A stretch of DNA of 63,791 nucleotides, the filler included, from Collodictyon triciliatum (lineage: Eukaryota): NCBI GenBank assembly GCA_043381765.1. It is 17 parts of 17 records of this genome, joined end to end, with 100 filler letters (N's around TTAATTAATTAA, not from the genome) between each part and the next. Parts side by side here need not be neighbours in the genome. Positions count along the whole stretch, not along the records: positions 11,286 to 14,942 come from JBHJMP010007033.1; positions 15,043 to 18,698 come from JBHJMP010007034.1; positions 18,799 to 22,454 come from JBHJMP010007035.1; 14 more parts are not named here. One strand, written 5' to 3'. The notes under the pieces are model-generated. The model had not been told where the DNA came from, ran no database searches, and saw only the letters and a program-made list of their open reading frames with translations. This document shows, piece after piece, positions 11,342 through 22,554 of the stretch. The number at the start of each line of letters is the position of its first letter. Position 1 is the first letter of the stretch. The position numbers and the translations under genes were made by a program.

Positions 11342-13899
11342 GTACAATCCCAAACTTCTCAAATTTGAGAAAACTGGAGATTTTTTCTATCTATGAGAAT
11401 CAGTTGGAAGGAGAGATTCCAGATTTCAAAGGTTGCGACAAAGTCAAGGAAATATTGTTGTTTCGAAATAAGTTGTCAGGTACATTGCCGATGTTCAATC
11501 TTAATAACCTGACAAGACTGGATGTGAGTGAAAACCAAATCACTGGCTCTATACCAGAAAATTGGATATTGCCTTCAATTAAATACATCGACTTGTCTTG
11601 GAACAAAATGAACGGCACAGTTCCAACCTATTTTCAGGGACTGTCAGAACTGAAATCACTCGTTTTGTCTCACAATAAATTCTCTGGAAGCATGCCTGAT
11701 TCATTCTGGAATCTGCCGAATCTAGTCACTATTGATTTAAGAAACAACTCGTTTTCAGGAGATGTCGGGTTTTTTATTGTTCCAACTTCAGGCAAATACG
11801 ATTACTTTTATGAAAACTTGTTGCTTGATGACAACCAACTCTATGGAGCATTGAATCATCGGATTTTTGACTTCGTCCTCAGCATAAAAACATTAAGCCT
11901 TAAAAACAACAAAATCACTAAGCTTGATGAACTTACAAATTTATTGAGGTGGACTTCCCTTGACCTCACTGGAAATCCGATCGTTGGAAGCATTCTCGAA
12001 TCATATAGAGGATTTTCAAAGCTTGAGCATCTGGGATTGAATAAAACATCCATGAATCACGGAACTGCTAATTTTCTTCCTGATTTCATGAATTTCACAA
12101 CATCTTTCAATATTCAAGACGAAACAAAACGCTATTTGTGTCCTTCCATTATTTCGAAATCTGGTCTGATTGAATTAGATGTTGACTTGAATCCAGAATA
12201 CTATGATTTTGAATTTTGTAAATGCTTGCCTGGATATTTCGGTTTTGGAAATAACTGCGTTCAATGTCCAAGAGGATGTGACTGCCTTGATGGAACATCC
12301 TTGAAATTCTGTCATGCTTCACCAAGCATTACCTCTGTGAAATCAATACTGCCGTGTCCACGTCGCGAGTCATGTGATGTGTCGATTCCAGAGAAAAATT
12401 CGAATTCAAGTGCGACGGTCGAAATCATAGACCTGTGTCAAGAAGGCTATGAAGGTAATGCCTGTTCAAAATGTCAGAACGGATACGGTAATCAAGGAAG
12501 GTCGTGTGTGAAATGCGATAAAGGAACGATTTATTCTACCCTGATTCTTGGTTCGATTGGATTCTTTATGTTCATTTGCTATCTGTATTTCACAGAGACA
12601 TCAAAATCAGGTAAATTTTATTTATTCTTTTAATTTTATAATTCCTATGCTAATCAGAATATTTATGTAGCGAAACTCAGAATAATCATGTTTCACATGC
12701 AAACACTGTCGATTGTGTCTAGTGGACTCATTCTTTCAGAAGATGCAAACAACTTTATTGATGTCTCATCGTCCATCGGCTCAATCCAATTTCCCAACCT
12801 TTCCTGTGTCCTTGGAGTAGACGATGTGTTTGTTTCTCTGATGTTCAGTTTTGCAAGAATACCAATCTTCATAATTGTTGGCTCAGCTACGTACTATTTC
12901 GGATATGGGCACAAGCAGAACAAAGTAAGGAGGAAAAATACTAATAATTGTAAATTCATCATATTTGTTTCCGTTTCATCTTTAGTAATTCTAAAAAAAA
13001 TATTTTGGCAGGCCGTTTTCATCACATTGAATCTTTTGTTTTTTATATACTACTCGGTCGCAAGAGAGGTGTTTGGTGTTTTTGGATGCACCATTTATGA
13101 CGAAGGTGTGAATAAATGGTATTTGAATTTCAAGCCCTGGATTCAATGCAGCCCAGCCTCAGATGAATATCAAAAACTGCTTGCAATATCTTTCCCGGTT
13201 TTCGTTGTTTTCTTGGTAGGTCTGCCTGCTTTTGTATTGTGGAAAGTGAAAATCATGGCAGAAAGACCAGGATACGAACCAGGAGCGCGATATGGATTCA
13301 TTTACCTGCCATACAAAGAGGTATGTGATTCCATATTCTTTCTTTTTTAATCATCAATTGTGAATTTTTTATGAGATTAATGTTATTTAGACCTTCAAGT
13401 ACTGGGAGTTTGTCATAATCGCACGCCGCATCGCTTTTTCGTTTGTGCTCAGTGTCGTTCCATACACAAGCCCAGCGGTTTTTTTCGTCCTCCTCATCAT
13501 CGCTATTCAGGTCGATTAAATATTTATTTATATGGTGCAAAATATGAGATAATTTTTTGAAAATGAAATACTAAATCAAACACAAACTATTAGGGCTCAA
13601 TTTGGATGCAAAAAGAATACAAGCCTTACAACTCGAAAATCGAAAATCAAATGGAAGTGTCCAGCCTCTACATCATTTTTTTGTCCTTTTTTATTTCGCT
13701 AATGTCGACTCTTTTTAACTCGCAATCGTGGATTACAGCTCTGCTTATTGGAATGAACTCAGTATGGCTGCTTTATTTTGCGTCAATCGCTTTTGTGATT
13801 CCTCTTTTCAAAAGCGGCGAAATCAAACAAAAATTGGTCAAGATGAAAAATTTGAAGAAAAGGCAATCTTTTGACCCCTTTTCAATAATAAATAAATGA
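11342..13899 (+). CDS. LRR + Cys-rich ectodomain + multipass (about 7 TM) membrane protein; 5' partial; exons about 11342-12610, 12671-12924, 13012-13320, 13391-13510 and 13594-13899
   Basis: Plant-type LRRs (LxxLDLSxNxLxGxIP), then a Cys-rich CxCLPGYFG...CQEGYEGNACSKC segment, then hydrophobic helices with KLRIIMFHMQ, RYGFIYLPYK, YWEFVIIARR and KPYNSKIENQME motifs typical of protist multipass receptor-like proteins. Confidence 0.8.
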
Positions 13900-14599
13900 T
13901 GAGGTGATTAATTATAAATGATAATACTCTTCCCTTTAGAAACTTACGATAATCAGATATTTTGATCAACTTTCTTTTTAACTGTTTTCAATGCATAATT
14001 TATTTTTCAGTTATTCTTTGCTTATAATAGATATTCCAAATCATGTCATATATTCCAATTAGTTTTAGTATATTGTTGTGTATTGGTAAATATCATTACA
14101 CACAAAGCTGATAAGTGACCACTGTTTTGAGACTATCATTCATGCTTCAAACATATATATTTTCATTTCATCGTTTGTAATCATATTCGTTTTCTTCGAT
14201 ATCGGCTTGTTTAATTCAACCACCGATGAACTTCAGTGAGACAATAAGTGTATTTGCGACGGTCAGCCTCGTGCAACGTCGAACTTGCATCAGAACACCG
14301 AATTCATCAATAGACCTTATGTGACTGACAGACCATGATTAAAAGTGTGGTTGAGAACGAAATCTTCAAAGACGAAGACTGCTTCGTACGCATTCGGGGC
14401 AAACAATGGCCCGTTCTTTCTTTCACAAAACGCAAAGAATTAGTACAAGCAACTGCGAGTTGTGATGGAAGCCTAAAAGTGCCACGAAAAAAACGTGACA
14501 CTTATGTGTGGACAACCTCCCCTTGGACTCAGAACTGCCTTCCCAAGAATAGAAAACACACCTTCCTTCATTATGGAGTGCCTTTTCAGCCCCTAATCA

Positions 14600-14942
14600 T
14601 GAATACACCTCCGTTCCAGCCAAAACTGTCACATAGGTTACACACCTACCTGACATGCCATTGGGATTCGACTGGACTGATATTTTTAAAGCCTGAGGTA
14701 AACGCTTTACCCTAACTGATGTCAACTGGACAAAGCCTGGAGGAATATGAATGAATGATGCACTCGTTACTTTAGAAGATGAACCTATCGGACCACAGTG
14801 CTACAGTGTCGTTCATAGACACAGCTGGAGGAAAGCCAGCATCTCCGAAGCGTATCAATTGGAGAGCATACAACGACCCGGAAGCTGTAGAAGAAATCAG
14901 TCACAGTCTGAGGGCTCACTTCAACACGCCTGAGGATGAACC
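14600..14942 (+). mobile_element. Degenerate non-LTR (LINE-like) retrotransposon ORF2 fragment (end of APE endonuclease)
   Basis: IRLD*YF (about 14666-14686) followed by NLSDHSA...KRINWRAYND resembles the RIDY...SDH...W(K/R)xN end of LINE endonucleases. It is broken by stops and frameshifts. Confidence 0.4.
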
Positions 14943-15065
14943 NNNNNNNNNNNNNNNNNNNNNNNNNNNNNNNNNNNNNNNNNNNNTTAATTAATTAANN
15001 NNNNNNNNNNNNNNNNNNNNNNNNNNNNNNNNNNNNNNNNNNCGATGCATTTACTTAAATTATAG

Positions 15066-18000
15066 GAATAATCATGTTCTCTACTGGAGTGAACGTTGAG
15101 ATTCCAAAAAATGCAATCAAAGTTGATGAGGTAGGAACTAAGTGTGAACAATCATTTTTATATTCTCTTTTACCGTAAATTATAGATGGATTCTCATATT
15201 ATGATTACTCAGGTCTCTTCTGGCTGGACCTCCCATCAACCTGACCGCCCAACAGCTGGAAAATATAACGTAACGAATGACGTCGATGAGACATCAGATT
15301 TCCTCAGGTTGATTAAAAGGCTCTTCGATGTGTGCTCTGTTTGCCACAAACCATTCAAATTTTCGTTTTTCGTTTATTAATGAACGATATGATATTTCTC
15401 ATTATATTTTATCATCCTTATTATCCAATAAATAATTATATGAATGAAATAGTCCTTGTCTTCTGGATGGTGACCGTGAAAGTGCGTATGACGGAAAAAT
15501 TCGAGATGATGTTCACGGAGGGGTTAACGAACATACAAGTAATCGATGTAATCTTTTGATTTATTACCATTTTGATATTGAAGTGAACTGTTCTAATTCA
15601 TATCAAATACAAGGCCACTGTCAATATTTAGATAAAGCTGTTTCGATGATAGATGAACATGAAAGGAGCAGTCAAACTGCTATTCGGTCACTGCCACCAG
15701 ATTACCTTGGAAAGGGATTGTACTCTGAGCTTGTTATCCTTCCAAACATCCACCCAAATGTCCTGGATGATGAAATGTGCTTTAGAGAGTCCATCAATTA
15801 TGCATTTCGTGCTGATAAAGTGTACGAGGTGCGTTCAAATTCTAGAGGAGGGGGATGCACTGTATCACGCTCATCAAGGAAAAGAGTTGCTCCTGCTAGA
15901 ATTCCAACTACTGAACCAAACATTACTACCACTGAAAGTTTACAAATTCAGCCGCTTGTTGACGGGATGTCGAGGATTACCGCAGCAAACTCAACACCTG
16001 GTTCAAGTTCACCAAATATATCCTTGCAACTGACCCAGGTGCTGACGTCTCAGTTATTGATGAGCCCTACCAAGGAAGAGGATATAAAACTCGTTGAACG
16101 CCTTGTTGCGCTTCATATTTCTTTAGTTGAGAGACAGACTCAGAGCCTACGTGAACAATCTGACATTGCTGAGAAACAAGCAGCTATCCAGACTCAGACT
16201 CAACGAGAACAGGCAGCTATCCATACTCAGAGCCTACGAGAACAAGCTGCTATTGCTGAGAGACAAAGTGAATCAAACCAAAAACTGATTCAAAGCCTTA
16301 TTGACCAAGTCTCACGGCTGCCAGCATCTCAGCAAACTCCGCAAGTGATTGATTCATTGGTGCGCGCTATTTCGCCACAAGGAGCATATTCGAGCTCTGT
16401 CCAAACAAATGCAGCTATGTTTTCAAGCACGCTGCAATCGCAACTCCATGATAATCTTGTCACCAATACAAAGCAACAATCCGGCGTTAATATAACTCCC
16501 ACAACTCAATTTTTTCCAACAAATCCTGTTGCTGTTCAACCAAAACCTCACGATGCTTCGCAAAACCCACCTGAGCAAGTAGCAACACCGGCAACACTGG
16601 CATCAAATGCGTCTAGAGCAAACCAACCGACAACACAGCCCGCTGGCAGTGCAACAGAGTCTTCACAGATTGTAGGGAATACAAATACCCAAGAAAATGC
16701 TGGACTAATTGACTTAACAAATGTTTCAGGAGAAACTTATACTAATGCTTCCGAGCTCGCCAAAGCCATATCTGAACAACGAGACCGACATTCTGGAAAG
16801 AATACCTATACAAAAAGAGCTCTTCGCATAATCAAGCTATTCATGAAGGAACAAACCGCTTGGGATGAGAGCTTGGATGAACTCACTGCACTGGCCCCGG
16901 CAAGAGACAAACTCATTTCAGAGAAGCTGATAACCGCTATTGGCGCAATTATGGATAAAAAAGTGGAGAAGCTGGATCGTTTGCTAGATGCTTTGAATAT
17001 CGTTGTGGGGAACACACTTAAGGAGGATTTCGACCACACGCTGCTTGCTCAAGTTCTAGATATTCTGATAGACCGTGTCGGAACTATCTTTGCTTCGGAC
17101 GAGGCTTTATGTCAAAGGATATTGGACAGTCTGATTTCAATTCTGAATTCGCTATGTATTTCTGGCGCATCAGGAATTTCTGAAGAAAAATACAAAGCAT
17201 ACAAAGAGATGTTTGACCAAAGCTGGATTGACAAGAAAACTGAGACTCACGGGGAAGAAATCGATAATAAGATGAAAATTCAATATGCTCAGGCCAAGAA
17301 ATCTTTGTTCTGTGAGCTACTGAAGCATATCGGCGATGGCCAGAGTCCAGTCGTGAAGAATCTGAAAATAGCTGGCAAAGTTGGACTTGGTTTGTTTAAC
17401 GCTGCATCTGCTGCTTTCTCTTTCGACATCAGCGGCACTCTGGCATCATTGCAGGAGGTTGCCACCGCTGTTGGAGAAATCGACATCAAAAAGGATTGGA
17501 TTACATTCTATCAAAAATTTCGCGTCAGTTTATTCGTCAGTGTTGATAAAGCTAAAGAGGAATGGGATTCTCAATTTTCAGGAAAGAAGGACAAAGTTGG
17601 AGAAACTCTGGCATTTATTATCATCGACACGATTTTTGAATGCTATCTCCACAAATACAATAACTCTGAGGGACAAAAAGTTCGCGAATTGATGGAGCAT
17701 ATCACACGTCATGAAAAATGGTCTAAAAGCGAGGTTATTAACCAATTTGTGGAATCAAAAAAGCAAGATTTGGCAGAATATAAGCCAAAAGAGTCAAAAT
17801 TACCTACTGCACTTTTCGAAAAGGCTGGTAAAGACGAAAGAACGATTCAAGACATCATCGAGAATATCAAGGAAGAAACCGTTCGAAATGAAGAATTCAA
17901 AAGTCGTTTTAATACATACATTCCCGGTCAAGCCGAAAGAATTGCTGAGAAAGGAAAGAAATTTGATGTCCAAGAACACATCCTGGATTTTTTTAAATAT

Positions 18001-18698
18001 GGAAATGAAAAAGTGCTGCTCATACTTGGCGACTCTGGCTCTGGAAAATCACTGTTACAGCAGTTTATTGTGCGATTGCTTTGGAAGGAGTATGAATACG
18101 GAAAGACGCATATTCCTTTGTATGTTGCGCTTACTTCATTGGAAAAGCCCAGAGAAAATGCCATCGAAGAACTGCTTCTTTCTGAGAGTAAAAACAGCTT
18201 CTACATTACAGACTCTGATTTCCGAAAAGATCAAATCAAAGAACTGAAAAAGATGGAATTCATCATTTTCCTGGATGGTTATGATGAGATTGAAGATAGT
18301 GGAACATCCTTTTATATTTCAAATAAGCTTGAAGAATGGCCCAACTGCAAGTTTGTCATTGGATGCCGCAAGCAGTTTTTGGACAAAAAATCTCAGTACC
18401 AATCACTTTTTGCACCCAAAGCTAGTCATGGATACTCTCTGGATGAAATATATCTGAGACCTTTTGAAACGAAACAAAGACTTGATTACTTCAACAAGTA
18501 TGCTGAGAGAAATCCCATCGAAGGATGGGAAAAAGGAGAAAAGTATGAGGAAGAGTTGAAGAAAATTAAAGAACTGGACGAATTGGCCGTCACTCCGTTT
18601 ATGATTTTCATGGCAGCCACCACCCTGCCGTCTATACTGAAGGAAAGAGTTGAGTCGAAGTCGAATTTTAATGCAAAAATCCTGCGAACAGACTTTCT
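15066..18698 (+). CDS. NACHT-domain (STAND) NTPase, NLR-like; small 5' exons then one long exon; partial at both ends
   Basis: Walker A GDSGSGKS (18028-18051), Walker B FIIFLDGYDE (to 18288), then KFVIGCR and TPFM motifs. Upstream GT-AG exons (15066-15130, 15186-15308, about 15453-15538) splice in frame into the long ORF. Confidence 0.88.
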
Positions 18699-19026
18699 NN
18701 NNNNNNNNNNNNNNNNNNNNNNNNNNNNNNNNNNNNNNNNNNTTAATTAATTAANNNNNNNNNNNNNNNNNNNNNNNNNNNNNNNNNNNNNNNNNNNNTT
18801 TTTCTTTTATTTTCTTTTATTTTCTTTTATTTTCTTTTATTTTCTTTTATTTTCTTTTATTTTCTTTTATTTTCTTTTATTTTCTTTTATTTTCTTTTAC
18901 TTTCTCTTTGGTTTCATTCAGCCTGTAAATGGATAAAGTTCATTGCAAAGGTTATGACGAATTTGGTTTTGTCCCTTTCAAGCACAACACTTTTTATACA
19001 ACGAAAGTGCGCACATATACATCGAT

Positions 19027-19465
19027 TTATGGCACAGACAACCACCGAATTAAATCTGGATTGAAAAAAGCAGGAGCTTTGGTGAATCCAAGAAGCAACC
19101 TGAATAATATTATAGTATATTTAATAAATGTAATAGGGTTAAAAATAATTAACAATCTCATTTTATTCCTGGAATCAATTTAATTTTATTTTCCATTATG
19201 TGATATTAAAGCTCAAAAATGAAAAACAATCCCTTGCCTTGGCCCAGACAGAACCCACCCCATAAACCTGCCACCAAACATGCATTTCAAAAAAGCATAC
19301 TATCCGCACTTGCGGCGGTAATCATGTCGTTTGGGGCCAATATCTTGAATTTCAGTCGCAATGGCCATACGGCTGTCCTTTCGAACTCACCGAATCAGCT
19401 CTCAGCGTTTTGTCTCAAATCAGATATAAAAAACTTTGTGTGTTTGTTTGCCAGAATGCGCACAT
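19027..19465 (-). pseudogene. Small divergently oriented, apparently spliced cargo gene in the Fanzor element left arm (copy 1)
   Basis: The minus strand reads RMAIATEIQDIGPKRHDYRRKCG*YAFLKCMFGGRFMGWVLSGPRQ and, after a TTCAG acceptor, LLLGFTKAPAFFNPDLIRWLSVP*. Many differences from copy 2 are synonymous. Confidence 0.55.
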
Positions 19466-19569
19466 TTTGAAAGTCTCGGTAAATGCTTAGTTTTACCTGA
19501 ATTGATTTTGTGCTGTTTTTTTTATTTTTATTTTTAAATTGACTGATTGACTAAAGTTTTATTGAAATT

Positions 19570-21490
19570 GAAAAATCGGTAGTTTTCTAAAGGAATAATT
19601 AAAACAAAGACTTTCAGATAGAGAAAAGGAAACGTCTTGAGTTTGAGAATCTGAAGTCTGTAAAACCAGGCTATCGAAATGTGAAAACATATCTAAAACC
19701 GATTGTAAAAAAACGCAGACATCTATGGCAAAATCAACAATACGGCTTTATTGTGTCATAATTTGGTTACCGACACTTATCTGTTTGCAAGATGCTACAT
19801 ATTTAAATCAAAACAACTCCCAACAATCGATAAAAAGTTTTTTTTTTCGTACGCTTCAAAGACAGTCGGAGTAGTTTCACAAGATAGACCCACAAGATTA
19901 AAAAAAAAAAACCAGATATTAGAGATGACATGATGACTATTTATCCCAATGATTTTCAATTCCTTTTGTCCCGAGAAGAACACTTTCCGTTGGTTGGACT
20001 GTCTCATGTATTACCGTAGTTGGCGAAGCTAATGCTAACAGCTTATCATTATAACATTAAGGAACATTTTGTAAAGAGGATACTGCGCTTTATAAATCAA
20101 GCAGTTCCTAAAAATGAGAATGATGGAAGCTAGTAAAAAGGTAGAGTTACGAAAGTTAAAAAAAAAAAGCCATCTTCGAGAAACTCGAAATACCGAAACA
20201 ATATAAAGGATGGACTATGACGCATTTGCATCGTATCATTCCCAGCGATATTGTAAATGGTATCAAATATATCGCCAAAGTCAATCCAAATAAGTACATT
20301 CCATGTCTGATTTACATGAATCGCATTTTTGAGGACATTGGAACTAAACTGCTTCAACCAATCTCTATAAGAACTAACAATATACAATGTCATATTACTC
20401 TAGATACTGCATGTTTGATAGGTATTAGTATTGTCTGGAAAACATCATTAATGAAGAATATATCAGGATGCAAAGAGACCCTATGGGATGAGTACTTTGA
20501 AATGAAGAAGAGGGTCTTTCATTAAAGAGATTATAATTTTAAATACATGATACAAACAGACGGCTCGGCGGTGTCATTATTGTTTGAAAAGAAAGGTATT
20601 TCAAATTCAAAATACCAATATAACCAAAAAATAAAACCAAGAATATGTTTATACAGATGAACTTTCCGAAGAGCAGTTATCTTTATAAGCGAAAAAAAAA
20701 ATATAGTTGGAGTGGATGCAGGCAAGTTTAGTTTGGTTTACATGGTGGATGAAATAGGCAGGTAAGAAATTACGTTACACGGCACACCAAAGAAGACATG
20801 ATAGCAAATCTCTTAAAAAACACAAAATACTATTCCGCGAGAAAGAAATAAGTACGATGCTTCATGGATATACATGGCAACAGATTTACAAAGTGCTATT
20901 TCTTTTGGTCTCATGACTTTTGAAGAGAATCAGCAGTTTGAGACATCAAGGGTTTCTTTAATCGATTCAGAGACAAAACTGAGTAAACTTGATTCATGCA
21001 CGTCGATTATGATAAATTTCGAGAATATGTATCTATGAAATTAAGATACCAGATAGAATTATCCAGAGTTTATGAACGAATAACTTTTCGAAAGATGATA
21101 TGGAGACAGATTGTTAATACAAAAAGAAGTGAGCAATTGTTTATGGAACAAATCGAAAAGACATTTGGCAAGGATGTTGGACTGGTGTATGGAGACTGTA
21201 GCAGAAAATCTCAGATGAAGCATTTTATGACAACAATCGGAAGAGGATTACGAAAAATGCTATCCAAACGTTTTGAAACAGTTAGTGTAGATGAATTTAG
21301 AACCTCCAAGATGTGCTGCAACTGCGAAAAAGAACTGGAATATGTAACACTGAAAGAAAATTCAAAAAAGTTGTGCATAGATTTCTCATATTTAAAGAAT
21401 GAAATCGGTCAGAAAGCAAACAAAGTGTATTCTTGATAAGGGACTTTAACAGCGCTAAAAAAATATACTCAAGAAAGTTCTTTTAATCCT
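19570..21490 (+). pseudogene. Fanzor1 (TnpB-derived RuvC nuclease), frameshifted
   Basis: N-terminal VKTYLKPIV...INNTALLCHNLVTDTYLFARCY...LPTIDK and a YMIQTDGSAVSLLF motif. RuvC-I IVGVDAG (D at 20715-20717), then FRKMIWRQIVNTKRSE and YGDCS. RuvC-II plus zinc finger VDEFRTSKMCCNC (E at 21293-21295). RuvC-III LIRDFNSA (D at 21442-21444, shifted frame). Confidence 0.9.
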
Positions 21491-21796
21491 TCAAAAAAAA
21501 AAAAGCATACATGCACATCTAAAAAAAACAGGCTGTCGGGTCTTTCCTGGCAGCTTCCACCACTACACGATCCTTGTGAAAAAAGAGGTGAGAACTTGGA
21601 TACTATCGGACCAGGTTTATCAATCGAAAGATGGTATACCCCTCCTAGTATAAACGAGAGAAAATTATTCGCAACCTCAAATGACACCCTGGAAAGAAGG
21701 CGACTATTTGAATCCGGATTCAAACGACCCCGACAAATTCAAATGTACGAATCGGCGATGGCGGTGTGCTTGAAAGTCCGTCCTGTGAGCCAAGTG
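21490..21796 (+). ncRNA. Candidate Fanzor omegaRNA scaffold (to about 21776) plus putative guide flank
   Basis: Lies directly 3' of the Fanzor ORF. Contains a GAAA-tetraloop hairpin at 21614-21640 and an 18-bp palindrome at 21707-21724, and ends at the inverted repeat (..GCTTGAAAG). Function is inferred from Fanzor/TnpB biology. Confidence 0.5.
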
Positions 21797-21918
21797 CAGT
21801 CCGGTGGCATTGCGCTTTCGACACAAACCAGCGAAGGCTGCACGGGGGTCTTTTGTTTGTGAAGTGTGTGTTCTTTTTTGCGTGTTTTTCTTTGTGCTTT
21901 TTATTTTATATGTCTTTG

Positions 21919-22008
<90 letters not shown>

Positions 22009-22016
22009 GTTATTGT
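21919..22016. repeat. (TAT)n microsatellite
   Basis: Directly visible; source of the poly-I, poly-Y and poly-N ORFs. Confidence 0.95.
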
Positions 22017-22554
22017 TATTGTTATTATTTTTCTTTTGTTCTTTTAGGAACGGTTTTGGGTTGTATTTTTTTTTAAAAAAAAAACTTTGGGAGTGAACAT
22101 TTTTTGGGTAAATATTGTTGATCTCTGGAGGTAACGCCTCGTGTCCTCGCACTTGGCGGTCGTCCCTTTTTACAGTCACTCGGGGTTAACTTGATGGAAC
22201 TCTTCCTCTTTCCCTTTTTATTTTCTTAGACAGTGAAATATATTTGTGAAATAAATATTTCCTAGAAATACTTATTCCTCCTTCTTTCTCTTCGTTCCTT
22301 TCCATTTCATTCCTTTTCTTTTGTTTTCTTTTGTTTTCTTTTGTTTTCTTTTGTTTTGTTTTCTTTTCTTTTCTTTTCTTTTCTTTTCTTTTCTTTTCTT
22401 TTCTTTTCTTTTCTTTTCTTTTCTTTTCTTTTCTTTTCTTTTCTTTTTTTTTCTNNNNNNNNNNNNNNNNNNNNNNNNNNNNNNNNNNNNNNNNNNNNTT
22501 AATTAATTAANNNNNNNNNNNNNNNNNNNNNNNNNNNNNNNNNNNNNNNNNNNN

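Larger units (their letters stand above)
18914..21776 (+). mobile_element. Fanzor1-bearing transposon, copy 1 (degenerate)
   Basis: Homologous along its length to the reverse complement of 26306-28766, with shared sequence starting at TCATTCAGCCTGTAAATGGA. Inverted repeat CTTTCAAGCACA (18975-18986) pairs with TGTGCTTGAAAG (21765-21776). Contains the Fanzor pseudogene. Confidence 0.8.

Noticed and set aside
8798-13899. Secreted WD40 and LRR-multipass fragments as a single receptor gene
   Set aside because: The architecture would be attractive, but a linker separates them and the contigs appear ordered by size, so adjacency is not evidence.
19300-19302. Stop-codon reassignment suggested by stops shared between the two cargo gene copies
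   Set aside because: Three ORFs of about 1000 aa in the window are open under the standard code, so ancestral inactivation is the simpler explanation.
19375-19410. Hammerhead ribozyme-like CTGAGAG...CGAAA on the minus strand
   Set aside because: The core does not fit CUGANGA, stems I and III are not evident, and the conservation is better explained by the cargo gene.
18929-19470. Plus-strand ORFs 18929-19183 and 19219-19470 as genes
   Set aside because: Substitutions between the copies favour the opposite-strand frame; these ORFs look like shadows.
15066-21776. NACHT gene and Fanzor as a linked defence island
   Set aside because: They are on different contigs separated by the linker at about 18743.
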